A stretch of 63,984 nucleotides of DNA, filler included, from Catajapyx aquilonaris (taxonomy: Eukaryota): NCBI GenBank assembly GCA_000934665.2. It is 3 parts of 3 records of this genome, joined end to end, with 100 filler letters (N's around TTAATTAATTAA, not from the genome) between each part and the next. Parts side by side here need not be neighbours in the genome. Positions count along the whole stretch, not along the records: positions 1 to 21,371 come from JYFJ02006066.1; 2 more parts are not named here. One strand, 5' to 3'. The position numbers and the translations under genes are program-made. Position 1 is the stretch's first letter; each line of letters opens with the position of its first letter. Below are positions 1-12,100 of this stretch, piece after piece. Under the pieces are notes generated by a model. That model was not told the DNA's origin and did not search any database. It saw only the letters and a list, made by a program, of their open reading frames with translations.

Positions 1-3000
1 GACACTGGGGCCGTGGGACCGCGGCCGTGACCCGTGATCACAGTGCCGTGGATTCCGGAATGACGCCAAATAAACAACCGCGGTAACCTGGGAGCGCCCA
101 GGATAGCCAACACATAAACACATAAGAAAATAAACAGTGACGACAATCTTTTTGAACGTGATAGTACTGTAAACCCTGCTTTGAGTGGACCCTAGCTGTA
201 GTTTCTACTGCAGAAATCTTTGCAGTGCCAGCAACTGATAGGATTTTCCATGTGTTTTTGACTGGCAGAATTGAACCTGCCTAATGCGGAAATGGACAGC
301 ATTTTTCAGCCCTTCAGTAAGGAAAACCCTGAGTATAGTACAATTTGCTTTGCATTAAGAGTTGTTTCACAACTTGGGCAAACTGAGATCAGGGCAAGAA
401 AAATGCAGGAGTAGCAAACCATGGCATGTATAAAATTGTCAGTGGCAGAAAAAGAAATCAGCGTTCAAAAATAGAATGAAATTGTGGCTCCAATTTTTTT
501 CAGATATGTTCATGCATCTTACCAGTGCATATCAAGCAAAACTACACAGACTATAATTTTTAGTAACTTTGCAATATTACATTAGCCGAATAATAATATG
601 AATATTGAAAACACTCAGAGCAGAAATAATTTTCAATTGCTGATTGTAAATCTAGTATGACGTTCATAAATAATTACAGTTAGTGCTTTCGCCCTGTGGC
701 TTAATAACCCGCATAATCATGGAATCACACTGATAAATCCTTTCTGCAGGTTAAGGAGACACCTTGGTGGCTTGTCCATAACCACACAGCCTCATCAGAT
801 CCTCATATTTTGTACTGGATATAACTTAAGTCATGGCTGTTTCCTGACAATGGAAGTGGTGATATGTTGTGCCTCAGCAAAACTATTCACCTGCAGAGTT
901 TACATTTTGCATCGTAAAATCAGAAGTTACCCATATTTTCATGCAAAAAATGTCAGTGGCAATAATTTTCCACATGGGTGTTGTTAGTGTATTGATGCAG
1001 AGATATTCCTAATTACGCAACATTACTAAGCAGTAGGTTAATGGATATATTAGCTTATTCAGTGGAGTTGAATATTGAGAATGTCTTTTGCAAATTTCTG
1101 TTAATGAAAGCCCACTATTTTGTAACCCTGTGAATGATGAGTTCCGGCAAGCATTTTGCAGCTTCATTTCCTCTCAAGCTAATGAATTGAATTTGTTCTT
1201 GCTCGTATCATTTGTAAAGTATGGGAGCTTCACATGCCATGTTATACTAATTTTGCCACACATGGGGAGTGATTCTATACACAACTTTCACTTAAAAAGC
1301 ATTTTAGTTGTACTGTGGTTTTACAACTGGCTAGCATGGTGTCTTTCCCTTGATACTTGTTCCTTAACAATCAGTCTTTTCCTCTCCACTGTGTGTGTTG
1401 GCTATGTATACTATGCATCTTTTCATGTTCCTCATTTGTGAATGTAGTGCATTTCAATGAGTTGTCACTTTGCATTTGATCGTATTTGATTGTTACATTA
1501 AGGGCAAAGTTGAGTTTAATGGTTGTATCAATTCTACCATAATACTGGCTTGATTAATAAGAGAAGATGCAAGGCATTCAATGCCTCGATGAACTTGCGT
1601 TATTAATAGGTCAAGTATAAGTAATCTAAGCGAAGGAGCTTGCTGTAGTCAGTGAATTATCTAGCCATAGCACAGCATACTAGAAGGTGATTTCAAGGGA
1701 GACAAGTGGAATTTCGTCAAACTTAGTCTTATCAATTGCGTGCCTGCTCGTTTGCTTCAGTATCAGTTACACTTAATGGCTCTTCGTTTGGGTGTACTTG
1801 CATGATATCATGTCACACTCCAGGGTAATGTGGTGTGGGTAAAACATTACTACTATGAAAATACTGTCTACTTTCAAGAGTGCAATTAAAACTACTCAAC
1901 TTACCATAACATCCTTATATTTTGCCCATGTTGCATGATTTTAGTTTGTGGTGGCCTCTCTAACACCCTGTTACTGTTTTCATGTCTCTCAAAAAACACG
2001 GCTTTATGACTATCCTTTTTTGACGTGGCCTTTGAAATGAATTCAGTGCGACTTAGTTGTAGTTTTCTAATTCATAAGAAGACAGTAATTCTTGACTCAT
2101 TGCATTGAAGGCAAAGGGAGCAATTCATATGATAAGTGCAATTTTCATATATGGCAGATGCATTGAACTAGAAGCTGGGTCTTTGTCATTGAAATTCAAT
2201 AAGTGACACAGCTGTAAAAGGTAACCAGAATATGTGAATTATGATGACTAAAGAATATCTCATTATCGTTCGCCCAGAGGAAGGCGAAAACTTAAAATTT
2301 AACTACCACGTTTCTTTTTGTCTTAATATGATTAATATAATTTAACCCCAATTTGCTTAACCAATTGTCTCCTGCTGGATTCTGCACTCTTTGGGTGGGG
2401 ATTTAAAAATAGCACCCTAAGTGAAAATCACACTATCTGGCACCATTCGTTTAGCTCTCGATTCATGCACAAGATGGGGCTGTCCGGGACCGACAAACCC
2501 GACTTGTATCTTGAGAGAGCCTTGTACCACCTCATATACTATGCATCAGAAGGTGACTTCATCCTATTGCGACATCTACACGTTTTTTTAGGGGGCTTCC
2601 ACCCCTCGTAAATTTCCAAGATTATTCTAAATGATTGCCCACTCCCTCTGATAATGAAAAGATTAAGTGTCCTGTTAAAAAATTTTAAAGGTCTAGTTTA
2701 AATGGAGGTAATGTGAGCCACCAGGTGCAAAAAAGGTGGCTCAGGTGGCAAGCGGCCACAGCTCTGAGCAGTCTGCCTGGCCAATTAGGAGCGAGGACAC
2801 TTTTTACTGCCAAATTGGCGGCGGGGGATTTGCCTACCCTTCACAGATTATTCTGATTTTTCCCATGGCAAAAAGTAAGTCGCAGACTTTCGGGAATTTT
2901 TTAGTGGTTTTCAGCTGCACGTCCACTTACCGGGAAATATGCGGCAGGGAGCTATGTGTATTTAAATTCTTGCAGTAAATGTTTGCTTACAATGAAAGAG

Positions 3001-4206
3001 ACCTTTGGCCTATGACGTCATGCCATTAAAAATATTACGCGAGTGGCGTAAATACTCATGAACATAGAAACTAGAAGAGTTACCTGAGGCTAGATTGAAA
3101 GAAATTTCCGGTGGGATTATACCAGTGAATTTAAAAATTATTCTTTTGTTTGGTCGTATTATTATAATACGACCAACAGGCTGCGGGAGACAAAGGGTTA
3201 ATGAAGCTACATTACACCACCTTCAATGTATGCTTGTATTTATTTTATACATTTTTAAAGGGCTTCTCATAGGTACTCACCTAGGCACAAAGTTGCCCAG
3301 TGTTATGGTAATACTTGTGCTGTCCAGAATGCAATTGTAAAGGAGCCATACTGTACTCTACATTTGCATCAATTCCACATTTGAATCATAAAATGAAAAT
3401 GAGTTTTATGAATTTTAAGCCTTCCTCATAATTTTTGTTGTATGGTTGGTGTAGGGAAATTGCACACATAAAATACAGATATTTTATTTAAAAATAAAAT
3501 CGAGAGCACCAAAATATGCCCAGCAATTTATGGAGCTGTAGGACACATACTTTGCTTTGAAACTGGTTTTTTGGAGAAAGCAGTCCCCAAAAGGTGTTGA
3601 ATAAATGTGAAAGCTGGGATTGTAGAATAGCTACAATCGACTCACACATACTGTAAAATAACCCCTTTTCTACCAGCTATACCTGCCATCACCTAGATTT
3701 TCGCTTACATGTACTCTGAAGATAAGGACAAGATATTAAACAAGAAGTACCCATTTTATGCCGGTAATAGGTTCCTGCAGCATAGTAACAATAAGTGAAT
3801 TGGCGTAAATCGAAACAAAGTTATAATGTAAGTAAATGAAATATGTTCCAACATTTTTAATCTTTTCCCATTGACAGTATTATTATTATTATTGCTGTTT
3901 TTATTGCACTACAACCTCTCAACCTTTTTACTCTTGGGGAACCCTTGAAATCATATTCATGTCTCAGGGAACCCTGACATAAAAATGATATAACAACGAG
4001 CAGTTTACCCCTTCTTCGCACGGGAATCGAAGAATTCTGTTGCCATGGTAACCCATTGCTACTGTAACCCATTGCGGGGCCCGAAGGGTCAGCCAGGGAG
4101 GAAGGGGCGGGAGGGGAGAAGTAAGGCCGCCTATAGATTAGTACAAATAGTTTCCAACACATTCATAGCTGTTATTATTTGTGAAATATCTTGTCTTCAT
4201 ATTTAA

Positions 4207-4398
4207 GCCACGTTTACATGTGAGCAATTTGACTAGCAAAGTCTTCGCCAAGCAGTAACATTGCTGAGTAATCCGAGTAACCAATATTGTTTGAGGCGAA
4301 CATCGATTGTTACTTTCACCTCAAACAATATTGGTTTCTTGTGTTACCCAGCTCGGCGAAGACTTTGCTCGTCAAATCACTCACATGTAAACGTGACT
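4207..4398. mobile_element. PIF/Harbinger-like MITE, family H1 copy 1
   Basis: Inverted ends cacgtttacatgtgag...ctcacatgtaaacgtg with AT-rich (TTAA/TTTTA) flanks. Homologous to the copy at about 14454-14613. Confidence 0.6.
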
Positions 4399-4413
4399 TT
4401 TAGAGTACATGTA

Positions 4414-4959
4414 CAGGGTGTTTCAGAGTCACAGGTCAAGCGGGCACGAGGGGGTGGGGAATAATCGTAGGTGACGACAACCCCCAGTCGGTTTTATAAA
4501 ACAATTAGAAATACGGCAGTAATCAATTTATTTATTACGGCCGTACGGCGTGACGTCATATCCTCTCTGTTCGAATTGACTGGCGCGGACTGGCTAATGC
4601 AGCATGGGTTGAACGGCTTTTTAGCCTTGCGGGTTGCACTGAAAAAGGCGCTCTCATGCTATACCAGTAGGGTACTGTACACTGTACCCTGCCGGTATAG
4701 CAGGAGAGCGCCTTTTTCAGTGCAACCCGCAAGGCTAAAAAGCCGTTCAACCAGGTTCAACCCATGCTGCACTAGCCAGTCCGCGCCAGTCAATTCGAAC
4801 AGAGAGGATATGACGTCACGCCGTACGGCCGTAATAAATAAATTGATCAACTTACTACCGTATTTCTAATTGTTTTATAAAACCGACCGGGGTTGTCGCC
4901 ACCTACGATTTTTTCCCACCCCTTTGCGCGTGCTTGACCTGTGACTCTGAAACACCCTG
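4414..4959. mobile_element. Tc1/mariner-type foldback MITE, family M1 copy 1 (almost fully palindromic)
   Basis: TA-CAGGGTGTTTCAGAGTCAC...GTGACTCTGAAACACCCTG-TA. The arms pair along almost the whole 546 bp, which explains the mirror-image ORFs in the track. Confidence 0.9.
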
Positions 4960-5567
4960 TATATGGCACTGATTGGTTGATGCTAATTATCACAGTAACA
5001 AGGCTGCAGATCTAAATGGCACCTCTGAATAAAATGATCCTCTTGTTGACAGCAATAAATTTATCCTCGAATGTTGTTGACAGTATTATTACAAAATACC
5101 CTGTTAATGTACAGTCCAGCTCATAAAGAATGGTACAACTCTATGGACGACGTGTTTATTCTGATTATCCAGCATTATTCCCAACCTGATTTCGTCGCGA
5201 CACTATGGACAACTTGTCCTAGATCTCTGCCGACTCATATGACCCCTCCCGACTTTTTCCGAAATTATTTATTACCAAAATGTTCAACCTGATAAAATGC
5301 TTACATAGATTTGAGATGAATTTCCCCCCTTAAAATTTCCTACTTTGCCTTGTTTTTTTCTTCAATTTTTTTTTTGATTTTAATTGCCTTTTCCCAGCCT
5401 TCCTCATGACCCCTAAAAACATGCTGGTGACCCAGGGGTTGGGAACAGAATAAACATTTTGTCCATAGAGTCGTACCATTCTTTATGAGCGGTACTGTAC
5501 TATTGCAACAGGATCAGAACACCAACTTTTCCTATACTAGCAAAGCCGTTAGGACATTTTCTTTGTA

Positions 5568-6306
5568 CAGGGTGGGGCAAAAGTCATGGGCTAGTTTAAA
5601 CGACGCAGCATGGCGTAAGTAACGAATGATTATACTTTTTTTAAATTACACTACACAGAGACAGATATGCCATTTATGGATCAAGGTCCAAAAAAGTCAC
5701 TTCTTGAAAACAACACCGGATAGATGTCCACCTTTGCGGGCAACACATATTCCTTCAAACTCCGGATGAAACCCTTCATGACGCGCTCCAGCATGTCCAG
5801 AGAAATGTTTCTCACGGCGTGTCTTATCTGATCCTTAAGATTAGCCAATGACTGAGGACGTGTGACGAACACCAAACAAATTAAAAGTCTAGTGTTTCCT
5901 GGGAGGGTCATTTCGAGATTTGGGGACATTCCTTGGCCGTCGCGGTCACCGGATTTGACCACCCCCAACTTCTTCTTGTGGGGGTACCTGAAGAGTTTGG
6001 TGTTCGCCACACATCCTCAGTCATTGGCTGATCTTAAGGATCAGGTAAGACACGGCGCCTTGAGAAACATTTCCCTGGGCATGCTGGACCGCGTTATGAA
6101 GGGTTTCGTCAGGCGTTTAGAGGAATGTGTCGCCAGCAAAGGTGAACATCTATCCGGTGTTGTTTTCAAGAAGTGACTTTTTTGGACCTCCAACCATAAA
6201 TGGCATATATTTCTCTGTGTAGTGTAATTTTTAAAAATATATAATCGTTCGTTACTTACGCCATGCTGCGTCGTTTAAACCCAACCATGACTTTTGCCCC
6301 ACCCTG
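5568..6306. mobile_element. Tc1/mariner-derived foldback element with the transposase 3' end on both arms
   Basis: TA-CAGGGTGGGGCAAAAGTCATGG...CCATGACTTTTGCCCCACCCTG-TA. The + arm encodes WPSRSPDLTTPNFFLWGYLKS...ECVASKGEHL. The minus arm encodes the same C-terminal segment (PQSLANLKDQIRHAVRNISLDMLERVMKGF). Confidence 0.88.
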
Positions 6307-9115
6307 TACATACAGTATATGAAAAAAAAAGTGTTTTAGGTGTTCTTTATGTAGCATTTTCCTTCTCCCCATAATGTTTATACATGATGGTTGGTTGTGC
6401 TTGTAATGAGCATAACCAAGTGTTGTAAGAAAGGTGATCTAGAAGTTATGGAAGTGAGAAGTTGATTTACTTATACACAAAGCAGTGGCTACAAGCATAC
6501 TGAAGCATACTTATCACCACTACAGTGTTGTTAAAATAACTGGCTTATTGGAATTAGATTTTGTTATTTTCCCCTTTCTGTGACATATGAATTAATGTCC
6601 CTGTTCATTTAGATTTCATACATTGTTATTGCATTCCTCCTGTTTTAGCAATTATTTTTGTATGAAGGTAACTACAGCTCCCTGTCAGCCACAGATGCTC
6701 CGATTGCAGGTGCAACTGTTGCCATTCTGTGTTGAGCTTATTAGATGAAAGACTGCCAGTAACTCATTTAGTTGAATGGTTCTGTGGGCTTCACAATCAT
6801 TGAGAATCAGTTCTTTGTTTTGTTTCAAGGATTAATTTGATGTCAGAGTTGCAAAATTAAGCATTGCATGGTGAGGAAGTTGTAGGTCATACTCTAAACA
6901 CCTACTGAGTACCACTGCAGTAGAGTAAGTAAAAATAGCTGAGTAAAAGGAAGTTGCTTGTTCACTTAATTATTGTTAGCTATCATAAGCAGAGGTCCCC
7001 CAGGGCACGTCATGAGGGTACAGTCGTGGTGCAACCTTTGCTTTCTGGATGTATTATATTCCAGCATGTGCAAGTTTCTTGTAAACACATTAATAATTGG
7101 AACAGAACAGTAACATTAATTTTTTATGATACTCTGTTAATCCCTGATAAGATGTCACAAGCAGTGAATGCACTTTATAGAATTAAGTGAATCTTCTGTC
7201 AGTGGGCATTCTTAAACCAGAACATGGACCAAACTTTCAATGGCCATTGCTTGAGTCTTTGGAAACTTGTACAAATTTTATTCATCTGTTGGGAATTTTG
7301 AACTAGTTGAAATGTCATATTTTAATGATCTGCACTTTTGGAAAGCAATATTAAGACTATTTTTTTTCATTACACCAAGGTTTTATCTTGTAATTCTGAA
7401 GCATCAAATGACTTATGAAAATAATATTTATTTACAAACAGATCAGGCCTAACACAGTTAAACCAAATTTCTAGCAACAACAACTAAGAAGGCATAGGTG
7501 AAGAGATTACTATTTGTAGTGGCCACAAAACTGTGATCTTTGTCATCATATGCCTTCAAAAAAAGTGTATATGCTATATGAAAACCACCACTTTCTTGAA
7601 GCTTATGGGCATTGCCCTAGGGAACACGCTGTAGGGAACCATTGACGTAATGCTATTGTTGTTTGTATGGATCCCATCCCTTCCTTCAAAAAATAGCCAC
7701 TATTCCCTTTGCAAGGTCAGTAACCCTGTACCTCTTCTGTAATATGATTTTTAAAGTTTGAAGAGATGTCACCTTTGTTGCCTTTGTTATTGTGACTTGC
7801 TTGGTAATGACAACAAAAGTGACTGCAGTCTGGACTTTAAAAATCGAAACATAGTTATTGTCCAACTGCCAGAATGAGATATATGAAGAGAGTCAAAAGT
7901 ACATATGAAACAGATTCTATGCATCAGCTCCACATGTCAACTCCAGATGTAATGACATCTTTTTCTTATCAGTGAACTGTAGGGTCTTTGAAGGCAAACA
8001 TTTTTGTGTGTTTCAAACTCCCATGTGATGCAACATATTGCCATGCATGTAACATTATGGATTAACCGTAGTTACATGCAATAGATTACTGTTTCTCCAA
8101 AGTGTGCAGGATGATCTGGGGAGGGAGGGATATTAGCTAAATTGAGAATGGACATATGCCAGAACTTGGGAGTACCATAATCAACAAGACTTCGAGTGTG
8201 GTGAGTAACAGTGACAATTGCATTGTCACCTGAAGGCGGTGTTGGTCAGAATAACTTCCACTGATGTCATGTCACCAGACTTGGGGGCTTCCAATTTGAT
8301 GTGATCTCAGTCAGAAAAGCTGAATCTTCCTTTTGGCACATTCAGGTGGGTAAGGAACAGCTGGACAGAATGTTTGATTTGGAAAATAAGATGAGAACCA
8401 CCACTTGTCGAGGAGACATGGTTGTGTAAAATCTGGGCTTGTTATAGACTTAGTTTTTATAGACAGCCAATACAGAGGACCTGTTAGCAGCTTCTGGGTC
8501 TGAAGGTGAAAGGTAATAGAAGTGTATGAATGAATAAGTCAAGTTATAGGCAGCCGTTTGGAGGAATTTTGGAATGAAAATAAGTGTATGAACATCATTC
8601 CATCTTGAACGATATGGCTTAATTTCCCATGTGATTAGCATTATTTATTTGTGACCATGCAGGCCTTCTTAGTATGCCTATTTCCAGAAGTATTTGTTTT
8701 CAGGTACTAATTAGCACCATATTGTTTATCACACCCTCTAATAATTTTGGGCTTCTAATCACATGGGATAGCATTTTTGGTCAAAACATGTGAAGGGATA
8801 ATTTAATTGCAAAGCATCAAGTTACAAAAAATTATATTTAAAAAAAAGCAGTTCTTGTGAAAGTATACGTTTCCTTTTGGCCTGTGTGTGTGTGTGCGCG
8901 TTATTTTTTCCCTCTCCCCTCCCTTTGGGTTTATAGGCCAGAATTGTCCTCGAATGGTTTGATTGTAACAAGACTTAATGTCATGTGCAGGACAGTAGAG
9001 CAATTAATATTCTTGCGCAACTTTGAGCACTTGTAGCTGTTGCTGCCATTGTGTGGTCCATTAGCTTGTCACAGTTTTTTGTATATTAGCAAGTGACACT
9101 GCCTTTTACATGCAG

Positions 9116-12100
9116 GAGATCAAAAATATGCAGCTGGAAGAGGCTCTCAATGAACGAGCTGATGAAGAGATGGAAGTCTCAGACTCTGAAGAAGAAGGAT
9201 TGTGCATCTCAAAGAAACGATCTAAAGCTGAAGAGGAGGAGGAGCATGAAAGAAATGTTGCAAATCTAAAGGTACAGAACAAGCAATTTTGTGTAACAGC
9301 TTTGAATATCGAGTGTGGTCAATGACATCTGCATAAGGTGGTCATGGAGAGCAATTCCTTAATGGCTTAACCCATCTCAGGACTGAAATAAAGGCAGTCA
9401 CTCCCAATGATCATTGGCTTGAATGCTTGGGCTGGAGGGAATAAGTAAGCAATATCATGCTGCCTTAATGGGAGATATTTTCCAGTATAAGATGTATAAT
9501 GTTTTTGTTGTGTAAATGTTTTGTTATGTAAAATTATGTGGTGCAAATATCATGGTCAGAAAATGTTTAGTTTGATAAATGGCATGGTGTAGAAAAAATG
9601 TACGATCTGGGAAAAGGAAGAATATCATGCTATAAATAAGAGAAACTGGAATGACTAAAACTGATCAAATTGGAACTGAACCAGAAACAGAGGGTAGATG
9701 GGAAGAAGGCCACCCAGTTGCATGCCACTGACAGCGAGTGCAGGACAGAGTTATGACAACCACCACACAGTGGTGCAGATTCCAAAAAAGCCTGGACAAA
9801 ATAAAATTTTCACACTTTGGAATGTAATTTTTCAAGTTGATCCAATATGTTGTTAGATAAGAGAATCAAGATGTTCTGTACTTGTGTTGGGGTAATCCTA
9901 AAGCCCAGTACAGTTAATCAAAATCTGATATAATTGACTTGGCATGGGCAGTTTTTGTCATAAAATCCTATATTTTGTTGTTGAAGAACACTTCCCTGGA
10001 AACTAAATAGCTGATTCTTCCACGGGACTGTTGCAGAATATACTGAGTTGCAATAGTGCTGTCAAAAGAGTGCTAAGACAATCAGATACAGCTTATATCA
10101 CCAAAATGTCAATCCAGCTTGGATTGCATGAAAATTGCACCAAAAGAACTCTGCTAGACCGTGAGAGGTCTTTTGTGTGATGAGGAGAAGCACAACATAA
10201 GTTGGCTTCCGGGCAGATTGGAGGAGATCTGGCACCCATGTTTGAACTGGCAGTTGTTGGTAGTACCATCTGGCCACCAGTGGCATGTAACTTGGAGAGT
10301 CCACCTCCGCCCTGCTTGTCCTCTCTGTCTGGCTCAGCTCCAGCCTGACTGGTTTTGGTAGTTCTGGTTTCTCCTAAATATGCCATAAAATTTTTGATTT
10401 TCCTAGACATTTTATTTTTCTACACTACAATATTTCTCTGGCCAATAATTTTCAGAACGTGCTCTTTTTGTAACGCAATATTTTAAATATTTATACAGTA
10501 GACTCCGAATATAACAGACTAGAATGGACCTGGAAATCAGTCTGCTATAACCAAGGTCTGTTATAGCCAAATGCACAGGCCTTTTATGGAAGTATGGTGG
10601 GACCAGCCTTTCGAGTCTGCTATAACTGAGAGTCTGTTATAGCCGAGGCTGTTATATCGGGAGTAAATTGTACTATGAAAACTTTCATCCCATAAAAAAT
10701 GCTATGGCTTGAAACGTTTCATTTTCATATCAATTTTTTCACTCCACTTTTGAGGTCCATCTATTCTGTACTCTATACATATACAGGGTGTATCAGAGTC
10801 ACGGGTCAAGCGAGCACGAGGGGGTGGGGAAAAATCGTAGGTGGCGATAACCCCGGTCGGTTTTATAAAACAATTAGAAATATGGCAGTAATCAATTGAT
10901 TTATTACGGCCGTAAGCTCTCCTGCTACACCGGCAGGGTACTGAACACACTACAAGTAGTGTGTTCAGTACCCTGCCGGTGTAGCCTTTTTCAGTGCAAC
11001 CCACAAGGCTAAAAACCCGTGCAACCAGGTTCACCCCACTGCACTCTTGCCTTAACTCTTGCCAGCCCGCCTGACTCGATTCAAACAGAAAGGATCTGAC
11101 GTCTCGCCGTACGGCCGTAATAAATAAATTGATTACTGCCGTATTTCTAATTGTTTTAAAAACCGACCGGGGTTATCGCCACCTACGATTTTTCCCCACC
11201 CCCTCGCGCTCGCTTGACCCGTGACTCTGATACACCCTGTAGAGTATTTTGGTATTGAAATTGGTTGAAAATTGCCTTCCCTGCCCATTATTCAGGTGAT
11301 ATTATTTTAGCATCTCATATGTGGTGGAAGAGCTAACAGATGATCACTATATTTTGTAGGAGGAGAATGACAGCTTGCGCTGTCAGTTGGAGGCGTATAA
11401 AAATGAAGTAGATTTGGTCCGTCATGATCTGAGAACAGAACTGGATCAAAGAGAGAAGCAAATAAAATTGCTTCAGCAAACTCTACAAGGATTGCAACAG
11501 GTAAATTATGATGGAATTATTTTGGAGTACTAACTTCTTAGAGTTCTTTGCGACCAATATTTTATCCACACCCAAAATGATGGAGGCAGTATGCATTGCA
11601 AGGCTCCAGTGAGTTCAATGGAGAGACAATCATTTCTCTGTTCCCATGTGAATATTCACCCACTCAGCAACAACTTAGACTCTTAGAGCAATGCTGCTGT
11701 CCCAAGGAAAAATGACATTGTGACAGAATAATGGCCTTGTCGTGGGATTAATATGATAATGTTACATTGGATATTGTTGTATTTGTGGCATGACAACCTC
11801 CAGCTTTGCATGGACCTTTATATCATCCTAAGTTAACATATTTAACTCAGATATGCCAAGTGTCCCCTATAGGGGACACCTGCACAGTTGTTACATTTTT
11901 ATTTTTTTGCGCAGGTTCTTCTGCTGCTAAAGAACTGGCAGTAGTCACAGGGGCTTCAATAGAGTCCCAGCTAATGATACAAGTTCAAACCTGCTCAATA
12001 TTGCTTTCGATTTTTAAGATACAGGTGTTTGAATTTTAACGCAGGAAATAATGGTGCACCTCCACATTCCGAAGACGATTAGTAATTAATTCTCGAATGT

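Noticed and set aside
2340..3202. Possible piggyBac-like element (TTAACCC...GGGTTAA)
   Set aside because: The ends match for only a few bases and I could not establish a real TIR pair.
4471..4869. 132-aa ORF and near-identical opposite-strand ORFs
   Set aside because: Artefact of the palindromic MITE at 4414-4959; no protein motifs.
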